From: Lama guanicoe
Lineage: Eukaryota
Direction of reading: 5' to 3'
Length of the DNA: 64,000 nt
NCBI GenBank assembly: GCA_013239625.1
Contig: MU054001.1
Coordinates: forward strand, 7,212,174 to 7,276,173
Positions within the stretch are counted from its first letter, which is position 1, and each line of letters opens with the position of its first letter. The notes beneath the pieces are model-generated. The model saw only the letters and a program-made list of their open reading frames with translations, searched no databases and was not told the DNA's origin. Made by a program: the position numbers and the translations under genes. This document shows, piece by piece, positions 37,001 to 50,092 of this stretch.

Positions 37001-37480
37001 ATGCTGTCACAGCTAGGACTCATCATAATCCCTCAGTTTCCTAAACTGCTTTACTGCTGCTTTTTAAATTAAGACCCATTAACTTGTCATATATTGATAA
37101 CAGGGATGACCCTGAAATAGATGGATAAATTAAAGCTGTCTTTCGTTCCATGCTTTTATATGAATGTGTTAATTATTTTTGTCATTAGGGAGACTGATGG
37201 AGGGATGGAGAAGTACCAAACAGATTTTGACAGTGTTGGTGTTTGCAGCTGGAAATGCAGTGTGTGTCAGATGTAATCCTTCACCCTTTAATTTCACAGT
37301 CAGTGCCAATGGGCCAAGCTAGGATTTCTCGTACCAAGAGTCCCCATTGCAGAGGCAAATGGAGGGCACAGGGGACCCACTATTGTTGTAGTGGTTGCCC
37401 ACTGGCATTTATGGGAGACCAGATCTGGTGTTCAGATGGGGCTTTGTTTTCATGCACATAGCTTACACACTAGGTTTTTC

Positions 37481-37662
37481 TCCTTTTTAAACCTTTTTTT
37501 TTAAAAAAGAGTTTTATTTACTTATTGATTATTGTATTATTTAATTATTTTATTTTGGTGGGGGAGAGGTAATTAGGTTTATTTATTTTTAGAGGAGGTC
37601 CTGAGGATTGAACCTCATGCATGCTAAGCATGTGCTCTACCACTGAGCTATACCCACCCTCC
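37481..37662 (-). mobile_element. tRNA-derived SINE (Vic-1-like) inserted into a Charlie-type relic
   Basis: SINE body 37555-37659 with a small deletion next to the B box and a long AT-rich tail. The flanks ('agagatttaacataaaaacctggatttctagcttctgaaaa') are MER102/Charlie-like. Confidence 0.85.
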
Positions 37663-40364
37663 TTAGTTTTTTCAATAACATAATTATGAGCTAACATCTA
37701 AAGACAGAGAGATTTAACATAAAAACCTGGATTTCTAGCTTCTGAAAAGCTGAAGGTCTAACATTCTTGAGCCTCTACTCCTGGGAGGCAGTGAGAGCCC
37801 AAGAGCGGCTGTCCCTTTAAAGGGTCATCTGCTTATGGTTCACCACCCTCCCTACCATTCACTTTTGTCCTTTGGGCACTGAAACTGAGTGCCAGGTGCC
37901 CTTTGTCATTATACTTGTGTATTTTTGTTTCTATGGTTGTATTAGGGAAAAAATGAAAAGCTTTTTGGTGTGTATCTCTATAAAAAGCAGAAAAACGGAA
38001 TATAGACCATGATGGGTCAGGTTTTTTTAAGAGAATTGAGAGAGAGCATATATCTGTAAGGATGTAGAGGCCAAAGCTGGACTACTGTGTGCACATAGCT
38101 AAGAGCAGTCATGGATGACACTTGTTGGAGGGAGCTGATCATTTTGGAACCTTTGCTTTCTAGTCATATGTGGTTGTGCCTTCAGGGGTACAGAAATGTA
38201 GGACTAGAGCCCAGAAAACAAGTTGAAATGATACAGAATACACTGAGTCAGTTTATCAAATGATGTTTATTTCAATTTACTGGGCATTTCATTTGTGCCT
38301 GCTGGGTGTGTAGGACAGAGCTTCTACCCTACCCACCACGTGAAACTGGGAACAGCCATAATTTTATAAAGCTGAATGGTGAGGTGAGGGGCACCCAGCA
38401 TGCCAAATGTTTTGGCCAGAAAATAAGCACTTCCAGGGGGAAAGCTAAGGAAGAGCTCCCCTTGCCTGGAAAATCCAGGAAGACTCTGGCGGTAACAGGA
38501 CTAGAAGCTCCTCTTTCCTGCTCAGAAGGGCCCTTGCCTCAGTTTGTTTATCTGGATGATGGGTGTCACCTTTGGGCCAACTACTCCCATGTTTACAAGT
38601 GAGCTGCTCATTCCAGGGTCCTGGAGGTACCCCCTAAAACCCTTGGCTTTGGGGTCTTGTAGGCCATGAAATGTGGGACAGGGCGCTCATGAAGACAATG
38701 GTGATGGGCAGTCCTGGGTTTGAGGCGTCCAGGCACTGCTGCCTTCCTGCTTCCCCAGGGCTGACTGAAGGCCTTGACTGTGCCTCATAAAGGACCTCAG
38801 GATGGGACTGTTTTCTGTCTCTGGATTTGTTCACAGAGGCCCTCAGTCTGGCCTGTCACATGCTTGTAGAAGCTTCCTGCCAATTCTCCTTTGTGTGTTT
38901 GATCTGGCATCACTTTCGACATGTGGAAGCTCGGGCAGCAGCCCTGCAGAGGAGGTGTGGGGTCTGCCTTGCAGGGCTACGTTCCCTGTCTGTGTGGAGG
39001 GCCTGGAGGGTCTCCCTTCCCGCTGGGGTGACCTGGGAGTGACCCTGCCCCCTTGCCCACTGGACTTGTGCTCTAAACCTCACGTCTGACTCAGGAATGA
39101 AAGGGTTGAAATGGCAGGAGCCAGCAGCAGTTGTTACTGGCCCAAGCCCAGCCTGAGATTTTCCTTACATCCCCTGTGCCCAGCAGCTCTGAGGGTCAAG
39201 AGAACAGTGATGCTGGGCAGAAGGGCAGGGGCAGGACCCAAACACAGGGTGTGCAGGTGGCTCTTATTAACCAGCTGTGGGCCAGCCCTGCATCTGAATT
39301 TGTTTCTTCAACTATGAAGCTGAGGGCGGGGGCATGCCCTTGTCCAGCTGGCTGATATCCCTGAGTTACTGGGAGGTGTCTACAGAGAATCTTCAAACAG
39401 CTTTGTGGATGGCAAAGACCTTATAGACATGAGATGGTTTTGATGAGCACATGAACAGTGATGTCTGAACTTAGGTTCTCCCATGACAAGAGTGCACCAG
39501 AGATGGCTTCTTATGAGGATGAGGAGCCCAGCACAGGGCTCTTCTGCACCCAGTGTCTGCCTTGCCATTCCCCGTCATGTCCTCCCAAAGCCTCCCTCTA
39601 CCCAGCAGCTCTACTCGAGCCTGCAGTGTGGCCCAGGAGCCAGTGCATTTGGAAAGTGTGTGGCTATTGGGACCAAGGGTGGTGGGCAGCAAGGCATTTA
39701 CCATCTTAGCCTCTTGGGAAAAGCTGCTTTTCCTTTGTCTCCAGTCTCCACCACACCTTCCCAGCAAACCAAGTGATGTGAGTTATCTATAGAAGCAGCC
39801 CTGTGTGCCCTGTCTTGGGAGGACAGTGTGTTCCAGGCTCATTGCTGGGTCACACTGCTGCCAGGATGTCTGGGAGTTGGTACAAGTGGTCCTCACTGCA
39901 TTGCTAAGGGTCACTCATCCCCAGTTGCATCCTTACCTCTAATTCCCTGATTCCTGTTCTGGGCGAGCCTAGGTTTGCATCATTCTCCTCCTGAACCAGC
40001 CTGGGTAGGGACTTTGCCACTGCAGTAAACCCTTTCTCCTGGAACACAGCCAGAACTGCCTCATTTCTCACTGTCACTCTTTGTCCCCAGCTGGTCTAGA
40101 GCTGGTATATTCACCTGATCCTCTCCCTTGGGAAGGCTTTCCATTTACTTTCACACCTGCTGCCTCTATCATACTCAGACTGCTGGGTCAGGAGGCAAGA
40201 ACCTGATGAAACTATTTATTCTGAGAATTCCAATCCTAGCTCCACCTCTTAATAGCTGAGTGGCTTTGAGAAAGTGACTTAACCTTCTGGGTCTCAGTGT
40301 ATCCAGTCAAGGATAGACTAGATCAGAAAGAATCCCCAACTCTCTATTTAAAACAACATAGACT

Positions 40365-41208
40365 TCTTTTTCTTTCTTTTTTTTTTTTTATTGAGGTATA
40401 GTCAGTTTACAATGTTGTGTCAATTTCTGGTATACAGTATGATGCTTCAGTCATACATAGATATACATATATTCATTTTCATGTTCTTTTTCACCATAAG
40501 CTACTATAAGATATTGAATATATTTCCCTGTGCTATACAATTTAAACTTATTTATCTCTTTTATATATATTAGTCAGTATGTGCAAATCTCGAACTCCCA
40601 GTTTATGCCTTGCCACCACCCCTTCCCCAGCAACCACAAATCAGTATTCTATGTCTGTGAGTCTGTTTCTATTTTATATATAAGTTCATTTGTCTTTTTT
40701 TTTAAGATTTCATATATGAGTGATATTATATGGTATTTGTCTTTCTCTTTCTGGCTTACTTCACTTAGAATAACATTCTCCAGGTCCATCCATGTTGCTG
40801 CAAATGACATTATTTAATCATTTTTATGGCTGAGTAGTATTCTATTGCATAAATCTATTACAATTTCTTTATCCAGTCATCTGTTGTTGGACATTTAGGC
40901 TGTTTCCATGTCTTGGCTGTTGTAAATAGTGCTGCTATGAACATTGGGGTGCAGGTGTCATTTTGAAGTAGGGTTCCTTTTGGATATATGCGCAGGAGCG
41001 GGATTCCTGGATCATATGGTAAGTCTATTTCTAGTCTTTTGAGGAATCTCCATACTGTTTTCCACAGTGGCTGCACAAAACTGCATTCCCACCAGCAGTG
41101 TAGGAGGGTTCCCTTTTCTCCACAGCCTCTCCAGCATTTATCATTTGTGGAGTTTTGAATGATGGCCATTCTGATTGGTGTGAAGTTATACCTCATTGTA
41201 GTTTTGAT
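40365..41208 (-). mobile_element. LINE-1 3' fragment (ORF2 C-terminus plus 3'UTR), inserted into an old MLT1 LTR
   Basis: ORF 40858-41196(-) encodes the L1 ORF2 C-terminal Cys/His motif [19 protein letters not shown]; polyT on the left. Flanks 40298-40362 and 41210-41600 look like one MLT1. Confidence 0.92.
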
Positions 41209-44200
41209 CAGCCTTACTTTTCAAGCATGTGGAAGTCCAGTGTGGATCTGGGGTGGGGATGTGGGACTGTTCCATAAAGATGACAGTCAGGGACCCAGAT
41301 TGACAGAAGCTACTGCCAATATCAGCACGCAGCTCTAGGGTTTGCTACAGCATGGTAGGTGAAGGGGGTAGGGAGGGTTGGTACACCAAGCACATGAAGT
41401 TAAAGCTTTGGTCTGGATGTGACACACATCACTTCTGCTCTTCTTTTACTGGTCACAACCAACCATGTGGTGGTGCTTAAATTCTCTCTCTCTCTCTCTT
41501 TTTTTCCTTCTGGAGACTAAATTCAGGAAGCTGGGGGTTGCAATTCTTCAGGGACCAGGAAGTAGAGGAGAATCAGATATTAGTGACTATTAATAATGCT
41601 TGCTGTACTTATTTTCACCTGTAAAACAGGAATGTTACTAATAGAAGTTACTTCTTGTACTTACATATGCTGTTGTGGAACATATGTATTTGCTATTATT
41701 GTTATTGTTATCATTATATTGTGGCCTTAATGACCTTCTAGGATGTATACTCAGAGCAGAAGTTCCCTGAGAGGTCATCTAGCTCATCTTCTCAGGAAGA
41801 ATATGGTGTTTACAGTGAAACCACTGAGTGTTTGACTCCTCGTCCTGCTGTTTAGCGGCTGTGTGATTTTGAGACATTTATTTACCATTGTGTGACTCAG
41901 TGCCCTTATTTATAAGTTGAGACTATACATTGTACGTGCTCGTAGGGTTTGGGAAGATTAAAGGAGACCAGGGAAGTGGAACCGGTGGTCTCAGTCTTCA
42001 CTGATGATGAGTGAAATGTAAACAATTTACTAGGAGAGTCCAGCTCTTAGCCACCCATTTCCTTACCAGTAGGCAGCCCAGGGCCCCTTCCCCAGCAATG
42101 CCTGACAGGAATCCTGGAAGGGGCACAGTGTCCACAGATCTAATCATGGCTGTCCCAAAGTCTTCTTTCACAGCCTCACTCTTGTTCTCATGACTCTGCT
42201 GCCCAGGGTAGGTGGCTGCCTGCATCTGCGACTGCCTACAAAGCACTCAGACCCACACCCACCAGCTACCTCCTACCCCTCTGATGGTCTCCTCCAGCCA
42301 TCTTGATTCCTATGTCTGTCCTTCTGGGAGATGGTTCCCTTAACTCTGCAGTGGACAGTGATTGGTAGGTCTTTGTCCAACAGCGCTCTGCATCCCAAAG
42401 AATCTAGGGCAGGCGATGGGGATGTAGTCCGAGGATGGCCAACACAGCATTCACCTTTGCTGACCACAGTGCTCTGTCAAGCCCCAGGGATGGCTGCCTT
42501 CTTCCCTGAGAGGCTCTATTGTCTACTCTTGAATGGACCTGCTCTGGGGAGCCCTAGTCTGTCAGTTACGTCTGCGTGTTTATGAAATCCAGTGATCACT
42601 TGGTTCAGGTCAGTCCCACAGATCTCCTGGGTCCTGGTGAGTGAGGGAATGTGCCTAGGAGCATCCTGAGAAGGTGGCCAGCTGCTCCACCCAGAGCTCA
42701 CAGCTGGCTCCCACGGGGCCTGTCTATTCTTCTCAGCCTGTCAGAGTGTCAACTCTTGCTCAGACAAACACTGTCAAGATACTTAGCTGTGTAAAATGCT
42801 GAGCCCCACGCAGGCCCCATATCTTGCTCAGTTAAGTAAGTAGAGTGAAGAGGGTCCGGGCTGTGGGTCAGACCCTCTGGGTTTGCATCCTGACTCCACC
42901 ACGTACTAACTGGGAACCCTAAGACAATGTCAGGTCTAGCATGGAGGTCACAAAAGTTTCCATTGTATAGAGTTGATGAAAAGTGTTTAGAATCATGCTT
43001 GCTGCAAAATAAGTACTCAATAATTGTTATAATTGTTTTACTCTCTGGTCAGTATGCTTACCAAATGATGATCTAGCCGTGGCTTCACTTTCTGTGACAG
43101 TCTATTCTACATAGAACTTGATGTTGTCACTTCTCCTATCCAGGCTTCAGTGGGGACGGATGAGGAAATGTGGACTCATGAACACTTGTGCTTGACAGAA
43201 GGACTCCTGTATCCCTCTTACTCACTCTCAAGCCCTTCCCAGGGGATCTTTGTTCTTTCTGATCCCCCAGACCCCACCCTAATCCCCTCCTGTATAGAGC
43301 TCTGAGGACTGGGTTCCTCTGCCCCTAGTTCCTGCTGACTTCATTTGGAGCTGGTATTCTTCACTGCCATGTCATTTGTTTAGCACAAAGCTGCCAGGGG
43401 TGTTAGTGGTCCTTTGCTCCTGGGGGTTGACCTGCAGCTATGTTCGTGTGGTAGAAAGAATGTAGACTCCCTGAATCCGCTTCCCCCACCCCTCACCTTC
43501 ATTGAGGCCTTTCTTGAATGGACTCCCAGACATTCTTAGAAACTTGGAAGACTCCATTTCTAGTATCTACATATGGACCATTCATTCCCAAGCCCACACC
43601 ACTGCCCTCTAATGAATAAGTTTTTTATGCTAATTTCAGAATGTAGGCAAATTCCTTTGGCTTTCTCCCATATGGTATTTCTCTTCTGGCCAGTTCTACC
43701 CATCAGTTGTTACCAAGTTCTTGCTCACTCTTATCTCAGTCCACCTCTTGTAACAGCCAGAAGTCTGATCCCGCCATCATAAGCTGTTTCTTTTGACAAG
43801 GAGCTCTTCTCTAGATGAGGTCCAAGATCCCGCCTCACCTGGGTGGTGGCAGGGGAGGCATAGTTTTGGTTGAGAAATGCTGCTTTAGGTTCTGTTCACT
43901 GTGAGGGTTGTCCTCTGCAGGGCAAACGTCCTCTGCTTCTAAAGTCATCCCCAGGATGCAGGGCTAGGGGTTAGACCCATTCCCCATGCTGGCCCCCAGC
44001 AGGTATCTTACTCTTTCTGAAAGGGGCTGCCCAGCCCTGCAGGGGGGTTCTCCTTAGAAATGTTTACATTTTAAAGGAGGGTCTCTGGGAGAGGGTAGTT
44101 TCCAGGAAGGAAAAGTAATCCAAATGAATAGCTCTGATAGTGAGAGCTCAGGCACCCTTTGGGAACATGGGGATCCTCTTGGTGTCCCTCAGATTATATC

Positions 44201-44489
44201 AGGAAGGGGGCCTCCTGTCCACCCACAAGGAAGCAGGTAGAGAGGTCACAGGCAGGTTGTGTAAATCGTTTCTGTCTGGTGCAATTGCCTCCCCTCCAGG
44301 AGTCTATGAATTTGAAATAGAATTTCTATCTTTTATCCAGAGCCTTGAGTGAGAGCTGCTTGCCTCCTTTTTGATGTTCCTTTGCATTCTTGGGAAGATT
44401 CTTTCCTTAAATTGGGGTGTGTACTTTATAAGTAACAGTGAATTGAGGTCTGTGAGGGGGGCAAAGGGAGGACCCTCACATGCTTTGTA

Positions 44490-44507
44490 ATATATATATA
44501 TATATAT
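44490..44507. repeat. (AT)9 microsatellite
   Basis: Direct read. Confidence 0.9.
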
Positions 44508-44819
44508 GCTGTGTTCATTCTCTTAGAGGAAACTTTTATCTGATGATCAGTGCCAGCAGTGTCACCATTAAAGACTGTGCCTTCAGCTGATGATGGTTGC
44601 CCTTGGACGAACACTTTCTCCATTCCCAGTCTCATTAACTTGTCTGTAAAATGAGGGAGCTAGACTAGATGAGCTCTGAGATGCCTTTGTGCTCTGACAT
44701 TTTAGTATTAATGTCTTTGACTTTTAGTCTAAAGCAGCCTATAAAAATAGCGACTCCCCTTGGAGGACAGTTCAAGTTTTCACTTATTTCTCTATGTATT
44801 TGTTTTCAATTTTTTCCTA

Positions 44820-44985
44820 CATGTGTATTTATGTGTGTGCATGTGTGTGTAAGTCTGTGTGTGTATGCTTGGTGTATGTATGTGTGTAATTGTGTGTGCC
44901 TCTGTGTGTGTACATGTGTGTCTATGCATGCATGTGTATGCTGTGTGTGTGTTGTGTGTGTGTGTGTGTGCATGTGAGTGTGTGT
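44820..44985. repeat. Imperfect (TG)n-rich tract
   Basis: Direct read. Confidence 0.9.
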
Positions 44986-45020
44986 TTATTCTTTCTGAGC
45001 TAACTTTCCTTTCACTCCAG

Positions 45021-45309
45021 CCCATCAGTCACCCCAGATGGTTGGGGAAGGGGTGGGGGGTTGTGGCAGAGGGTAGGTTGCTCCCCCAAGCTGGTCCCTG
45101 CCTTCTGGGATGAGACAGCCAACCTGCAGGATTCCTGCACCCAGCACCACCTTCGCCCCTCTGCCAGCCCTGCATTGTCTCCCCTCCTCCTGCTGCTCCT
45201 CTTCCTCTCCCTTTGGGGAGCGGCAGCAGCACATCCTGGAGGGGAGGCAAGCTGCCTCCTGCTTGGAGAGGAGCTGGATGCTGAGCTGTGGAGCTCTGGA
45301 GGAGCACAG
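45021..45309 (+). other. Candidate alternative/cryptic exon
   Basis: Branch-like CTAAC (45000-45004), pyrimidine tract and CAG at 45018-45020; donor CAG|GTGAGC at 45309/45310; one frame open throughout. No transcript evidence. Confidence 0.3.
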
Positions 45310-45435
45310 GTGAGCACAGGTTACTCCTCTCCATGTGCAGAAGAACAGTGACTGCCCCACCCTCCAGATGCTAGGCAGGGAAGTCTCCCCAGGCACCAGC
45401 TGTGTGTGAGAGAGTGCACGTGTTCCATCTCGGAG

Positions 45436-45885
45436 CAGGGCCACATTATGATTTTTGTGGGCCTGAGACACTTGGCCTTCATGGACCTCTTCCTCCATAA
45501 AAAATATTACAAATTATACTTTACAACTGTGTTCAGATAAAGATGAATATTATCTAGGTTGGATTCATTATTATACATTTATTATTTTATATTTTCTTCT
45601 GATTTTATTTATTTTTATTTTTAATTTGTTAACACTTTTGTTGTGGTATAATTCCTGTACAGTGAACTACATGTATTTCAGATGGACAATTTGATGAATT
45701 TTGATAGATGTATATACCTATGAAGCCACCACTGCAACCAAGATAGCTAACATTTCCATCACTCCCCAACAGGTGCAAAAATTTCTTATGACTTTAAAAG
45801 AAAATTAAAATATTCTTGTAGGCCTTAAAAAAGCCCATGGCCCTAGGCCCTGTGCCTTCTGGGCCTTGTGGGGAGAGAGGCACTG
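45436..45885. mobile_element. ORSL-like hAT-Tip100 element interrupted by an L1 fragment
   Basis: 'cagggccacattatgatttttgtgggcc...cttcctccataaaaaatatt...ggattcattattata' ... 'ggccctaggccctgtgcct...ggcactg' is colinear with ORSL. Confidence 0.7.
45607..45780 (-). mobile_element. LINE-1 variant 3' terminus (same type as 17003-17155)
   Basis: Aligns by eye to 17014-17155; T-rich tail; degenerate TSD tttcttctgatttt / tttcttatgacttt. Confidence 0.75.
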
Positions 45886-46798
45886 CCCGGGGAGGCCTTC
45901 ATGCCACCCAGATCCCTTCCAGCCCTGGGAATCTAAGGTTTCTCTTTTCCTCCTGCCCTCAATGCTCCTCTATGGCTCAGAGATCTGTTGGTTTACTTTC
46001 TTCTTCCCTATTTTCCTGCATCTGCCTCTGATTCCAATGGGCTTCACAGCTGACCCTGTTCCTCCCATATCCCTTGGCCAGCTCAGCTTCTCCAGCACCC
46101 TGAGAACTACTCCAGAAGCCCCAGGACCTGCAGAGGAGTTAAGCCAAAGCTAAGAGAGGTGATCCTTGCTTTTTATTCAGTTTCAAATTTTCCACTCCTT
46201 TATCCATCGCCCCTGGATTAAGCACACACCTGGAGGAGGCAGTGCTGCCTCTCGGTTAGGGCTCTACCCCTTGGCTGCACAGTTGTGAAGCTGGCCTCAG
46301 GACTCTCTGCTGCATGGTCTTGGCCAGGTTCTTCTCTCCATCTACCCTCAGTTTTCTCATTGGTAAGGTAAGAATAGTTGAAACTCTTATAGGCCTGTCG
46401 TGAAGAGGAACAGAGCACCTAGAATACAATCATTGCCAGATGTAGCAAATAAAAACATAGGCTGTCCAGTTAAACTTGGAACATTTCTCTTACTGCTGAA
46501 TTTTCATAATTTATTAAAAAAATAAAGCAGAATATAGACATCTTGATGAAGTCAATGCAGTCTGCAGGACAAATATTAGATATGGGACAGGATGTCTTAC
46601 GGGTTCTATGATGATGTTCAAAGGCCAGGGAGAAGGGAACCCAGCTGTCGGAGACTGTAATACTAAGGACATCTGCCCTCATCAGCCAGTGATCTACACT
46701 TTCTGCTAAGGCAGAAATCCACGTAGCAGAAGGAGCCCCGAGTAAGGAGTCAGGAGTATTAGATTTTGTTTTTGTCACAGCATAATTTCATTGCATCT

Positions 46799-47487
46799 TT
46801 TCTGTTCTTTTCTTTATTGAGGTATAGTTGACATACAATACTATGTGTTTCAGGTGTACAACATCATGATTCACAATTTTTGAAGGCTATATTTCATTTA
46901 TGGATATTATAAAATCCTGACTACATTCCCTGTGTTGTACTCTGTATTCCGTAGCTTCTTTATTTTATACATAGCAGTTTTTACCTCTTGGTCTCCTACG
47001 CATTCCCCCGTCTCTCTCCCTGGTAACCAGTGGTAACCACTAGTTTGTTTTCTATATCTGTGTTTCTTTTCTGTTATATTCATTAGTTTATTTTTTGATT
47101 CCACATAGTGATATCATATAGTATTTGTCTTTATGTGACTTATTTCACTTAGCATAATACCCTCCAAGTCCATCCATATTGCTACATATGGCAAAATTCC
47201 ATCCTTTTCATGGCTGAGTAGTATTCTAGTGTGTGTGTGTGTGTGTGTGTGTATACACACACACCACATCTTCTTTCTCCATTCATCTGTTGATAGATAC
47301 TTAGGTTTCCTTCTTATCTTGGTAATTGTAAATAATGTTGCTATGATCATTAGGGTGCATGTATTTTTTTAAAATAGTGTTTTCATTTTCTTTAGATAAA
47401 TACCTAGGAGTGAAATTGCTGGATTATACAGTGGTTCTGTTCTGAATTTTTGAGAAACCTCCATACTGGTTTCCGCAGTGACTGCAC
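46799..47487 (-). mobile_element. Older LINE-1 3' fragment with an internal (TG)n/(CA)n tract
   Basis: ORF 47114-47350(-) resembles the L1 ORF2 end (IIATLFTITK...WMDLEGIMLSEIS); 3'UTR and tail; degenerate TSD tttcattgcatct / tttagttgccatct. Confidence 0.85.
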
Positions 47488-49185
47488 TTTAGTTGCCATC
47501 TACTATACCTTTGAGTCTAAGTACTTCTGTTTAGTGAACCATTTTTCTGTCTTTGGCCATGTGGGTTTCCCATACGAAATGTGGAGCTTTAAATGAGAAA
47601 GGTCTTTGGCAATGTAGTCCATTCCCCTCTCTTCTTTGGAAGCTAAGGTTCAGAAGGATAAAAGCACTGCATGGGGCCAAACAGCCCCCATGGCCAAGCC
47701 CTTTCCCCCAGCATCTCTTCCTCAAACCACTCCCTCCTCCATGAATACTTCCATGGATGCGTTGTTTATTTCCATTCAGAACTCCGTGGGGGGTTGTTTT
47801 CTGTCAAATGACTTGCTTGCCCTCATACTCGGGCCTGCAAATATTTGCTACTTGCACTAGTAGGGGCCTTGGGAACAGAAATCTTTGGGGCTCAGTCTCA
47901 TCAGGGAGGCCTAGAGAATTTGGGCAAGAAAAGGTTCCTCTTTGCTTATAAACAGTTAAATGATTTTAAAATAAATTGTTTTTGTTTGGGTTGAATACAT
48001 GTGTTGGAAATCAGGAGAAGCAGGATAAGAAGACTTCCAATTCCGTCCCTCATTCCTGTTGCAGAATTGAGAGACCTCAAGTTCTTCCTGGAGCATTCTA
48101 TCTCTTACACATCTCTTCACTGTGCTGAAACCTGTGGTAGAAACACGTGCTCAAGGGCCCTTTTCTTTTTATGTAAAAAGTATTTTTCAAGCACAGTGTC
48201 AAGAATATATGATTTGTTTGGAAACTCGAATTATTCAAGGACTATTTACTGACATTTCAAGTTTCTTTCTTTTTTTAACCTTTGTCTTTTCTCTTTATCC
48301 CCCTTTCCCCTTTTGTTTTTCTCCCCTCTTTCTTGTTTTTAAGAACATTCTTGCCGATCACCCTGGCCACACGGCTTCCCTTGGGAGGATTCTTCCCTGA
48401 GCTTGGCCAGCCCTGTAGCGTGGGATGCTCAGGGCACAGTACCTGCCTCGGGAGCCAGCCCTGGGCTGGTCTTCACATTGCTCAGCTTGGATGCACAGTC
48501 ACAGGTCTGAAGAGCTTGGTCAGACCTGGCTGCAGCCCCTGGGACAGAAACCAGTGAAGGATGAGGTGCTTATGAGATCCTGATGTTCTGGAAGAAGAAC
48601 CAGTCATTTGCATGAATTAGAATAGACAGAATAGGTGTTGGTCTCAGGGGACAGGGAGCTTTGGGTTCCATCACTCTCCCTGGAGGAGGGCAGGGCAGGG
48701 CATTCATTTCTTGGGGACCTTGGGCTGAAGGAGGACAGACTGAGTGTAGTACCAGAGGGACCTGAGCCATCTGGGCTTGGAGGGCAGTGGGCAGGGAGGA
48801 CTGGTGCAGACGCCTTTGATTCTTATTTCTCTCTCAGGAGCCACAGACAAGCCCAGATACTAGCCATCAGCGGCCCTGCCCCAGCAAAGGCAGGACTGCA
48901 CTGTCCCGTCGTGTCAGGGGAAGGGCCAGTGAGGTAGTCCCTGCAGTTAAAAGAGTGACACCTGAAATAATTCTTTATTCCCAAGTGGAATCATGGTGAC
49001 TCCAAAAAACAACTGTATTGGAAGAAAACAGCCAACATTTAAATAACATCTTGGAAAGGGAGCAAGGAGAATTATAATTACTAGCTAGTTAATTGGGCTC
49101 ATTCTTCTGGGGTGGGAATTCCTGTATGTTATCTCCACTGCTGTTAACACAGAGGAAAAGGAGATCCTCAGAAAAAAGCCAGTCT

Positions 49186-49187
<2 letters not shown>

Positions 49188-49225
<38 letters not shown>
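49188..49225. repeat. (GT)19 microsatellite
   Basis: Direct read. Confidence 0.95.
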
Positions 49226-49227
<2 letters not shown>

Positions 49228-49402
49228 GGGGCATGGTCTGGGGTAGCATGGAGACTTAACTAGTGCTGCATATCTGCTAGGGGATTTCCACAGTATCTCA
49301 AGTCACCTCCAAGCAGGAGTCTGCCTCATTTATGAAACAAAGTAAAACAAATGGCCTAGGAAACCCAGTTTTTGTTTTTCTTTTTGTTTTGGAAGTCATC
49401 AG

Positions 49403-49873
49403 TTTTATTTTATTTTATTTTTCATTTTTCATTTTTATTAGGTTAAATTTATACAATTTGACTGCACATATATAATAAATTGCATATAAATACATGTATA
49501 CAATATACTGCTCATACTTTTATATAATTTACATATATGTACTGTTCAACAGTTTGGAGCTTTAGCTTTATAAACTTACATAATCATCAAAGGAATAAAG
49601 CCAACCACAAAATAAGAATCAACAGAATGCAGTAATGCAATCATAAAGGACAGTCAAATGTGCTTAATATATTCAAGAAATCAATCATCTAAGTTATAAA
49701 TAATAAGTAGTTCACTTGTGTCCTTGTTTTTTAGATTCCACATATAAGTAATAGCATATGGCATTCATCTTTCTCTGTCTCTTACTTCACTTAGAATGAC
49801 TATCTCCAGGTCTATCCTTGTTGCTGCAATGGCATTATTTTACTCCTTTTTGTGGCTGAGTGGTATTCCACTG

Positions 49874-49911
<38 letters not shown>

Positions 49912-50092
49912 ACAATATCCTCCCCATCCAGTCATCTGTTGCTGAACATTTAGGTTGTTTCCATGTTTTGGCTATTGTAAATAGTGCTGCTATGAACACT
50001 AGGGAGCATGTGTCTTTTTGAATTATATTTTTCTCTGGGTATATGCCCAAGAGTAGGATTGCTGGATCATATAGACTTCCCTATGATCCATC
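49403..50092 (-). mobile_element. Chimeric retro-insertion: L1 fragment (49703-50072) joined to a non-L1 polyadenylated segment (49430-49702)
   Basis: L1 ORF2-end similarity in ORF 49835-50050(-). The L1 stops short of its normal terminus and continues into AT-rich unique sequence with AATAAA and an A-rich tail; (AC)17 lies at 49877-49910. Confidence 0.7.

Noticed and set aside
44669..45113. Cys/Val-rich and His/Thr-rich ORFs (also 52480-52735, 57653-57847)
   Set aside because: They are translations of (TG)n/(CA)n tracts.
46608..46700. ATGATGA as a possible snoRNA C box
   Set aside because: No suitably placed CTGA D box or terminal stem.
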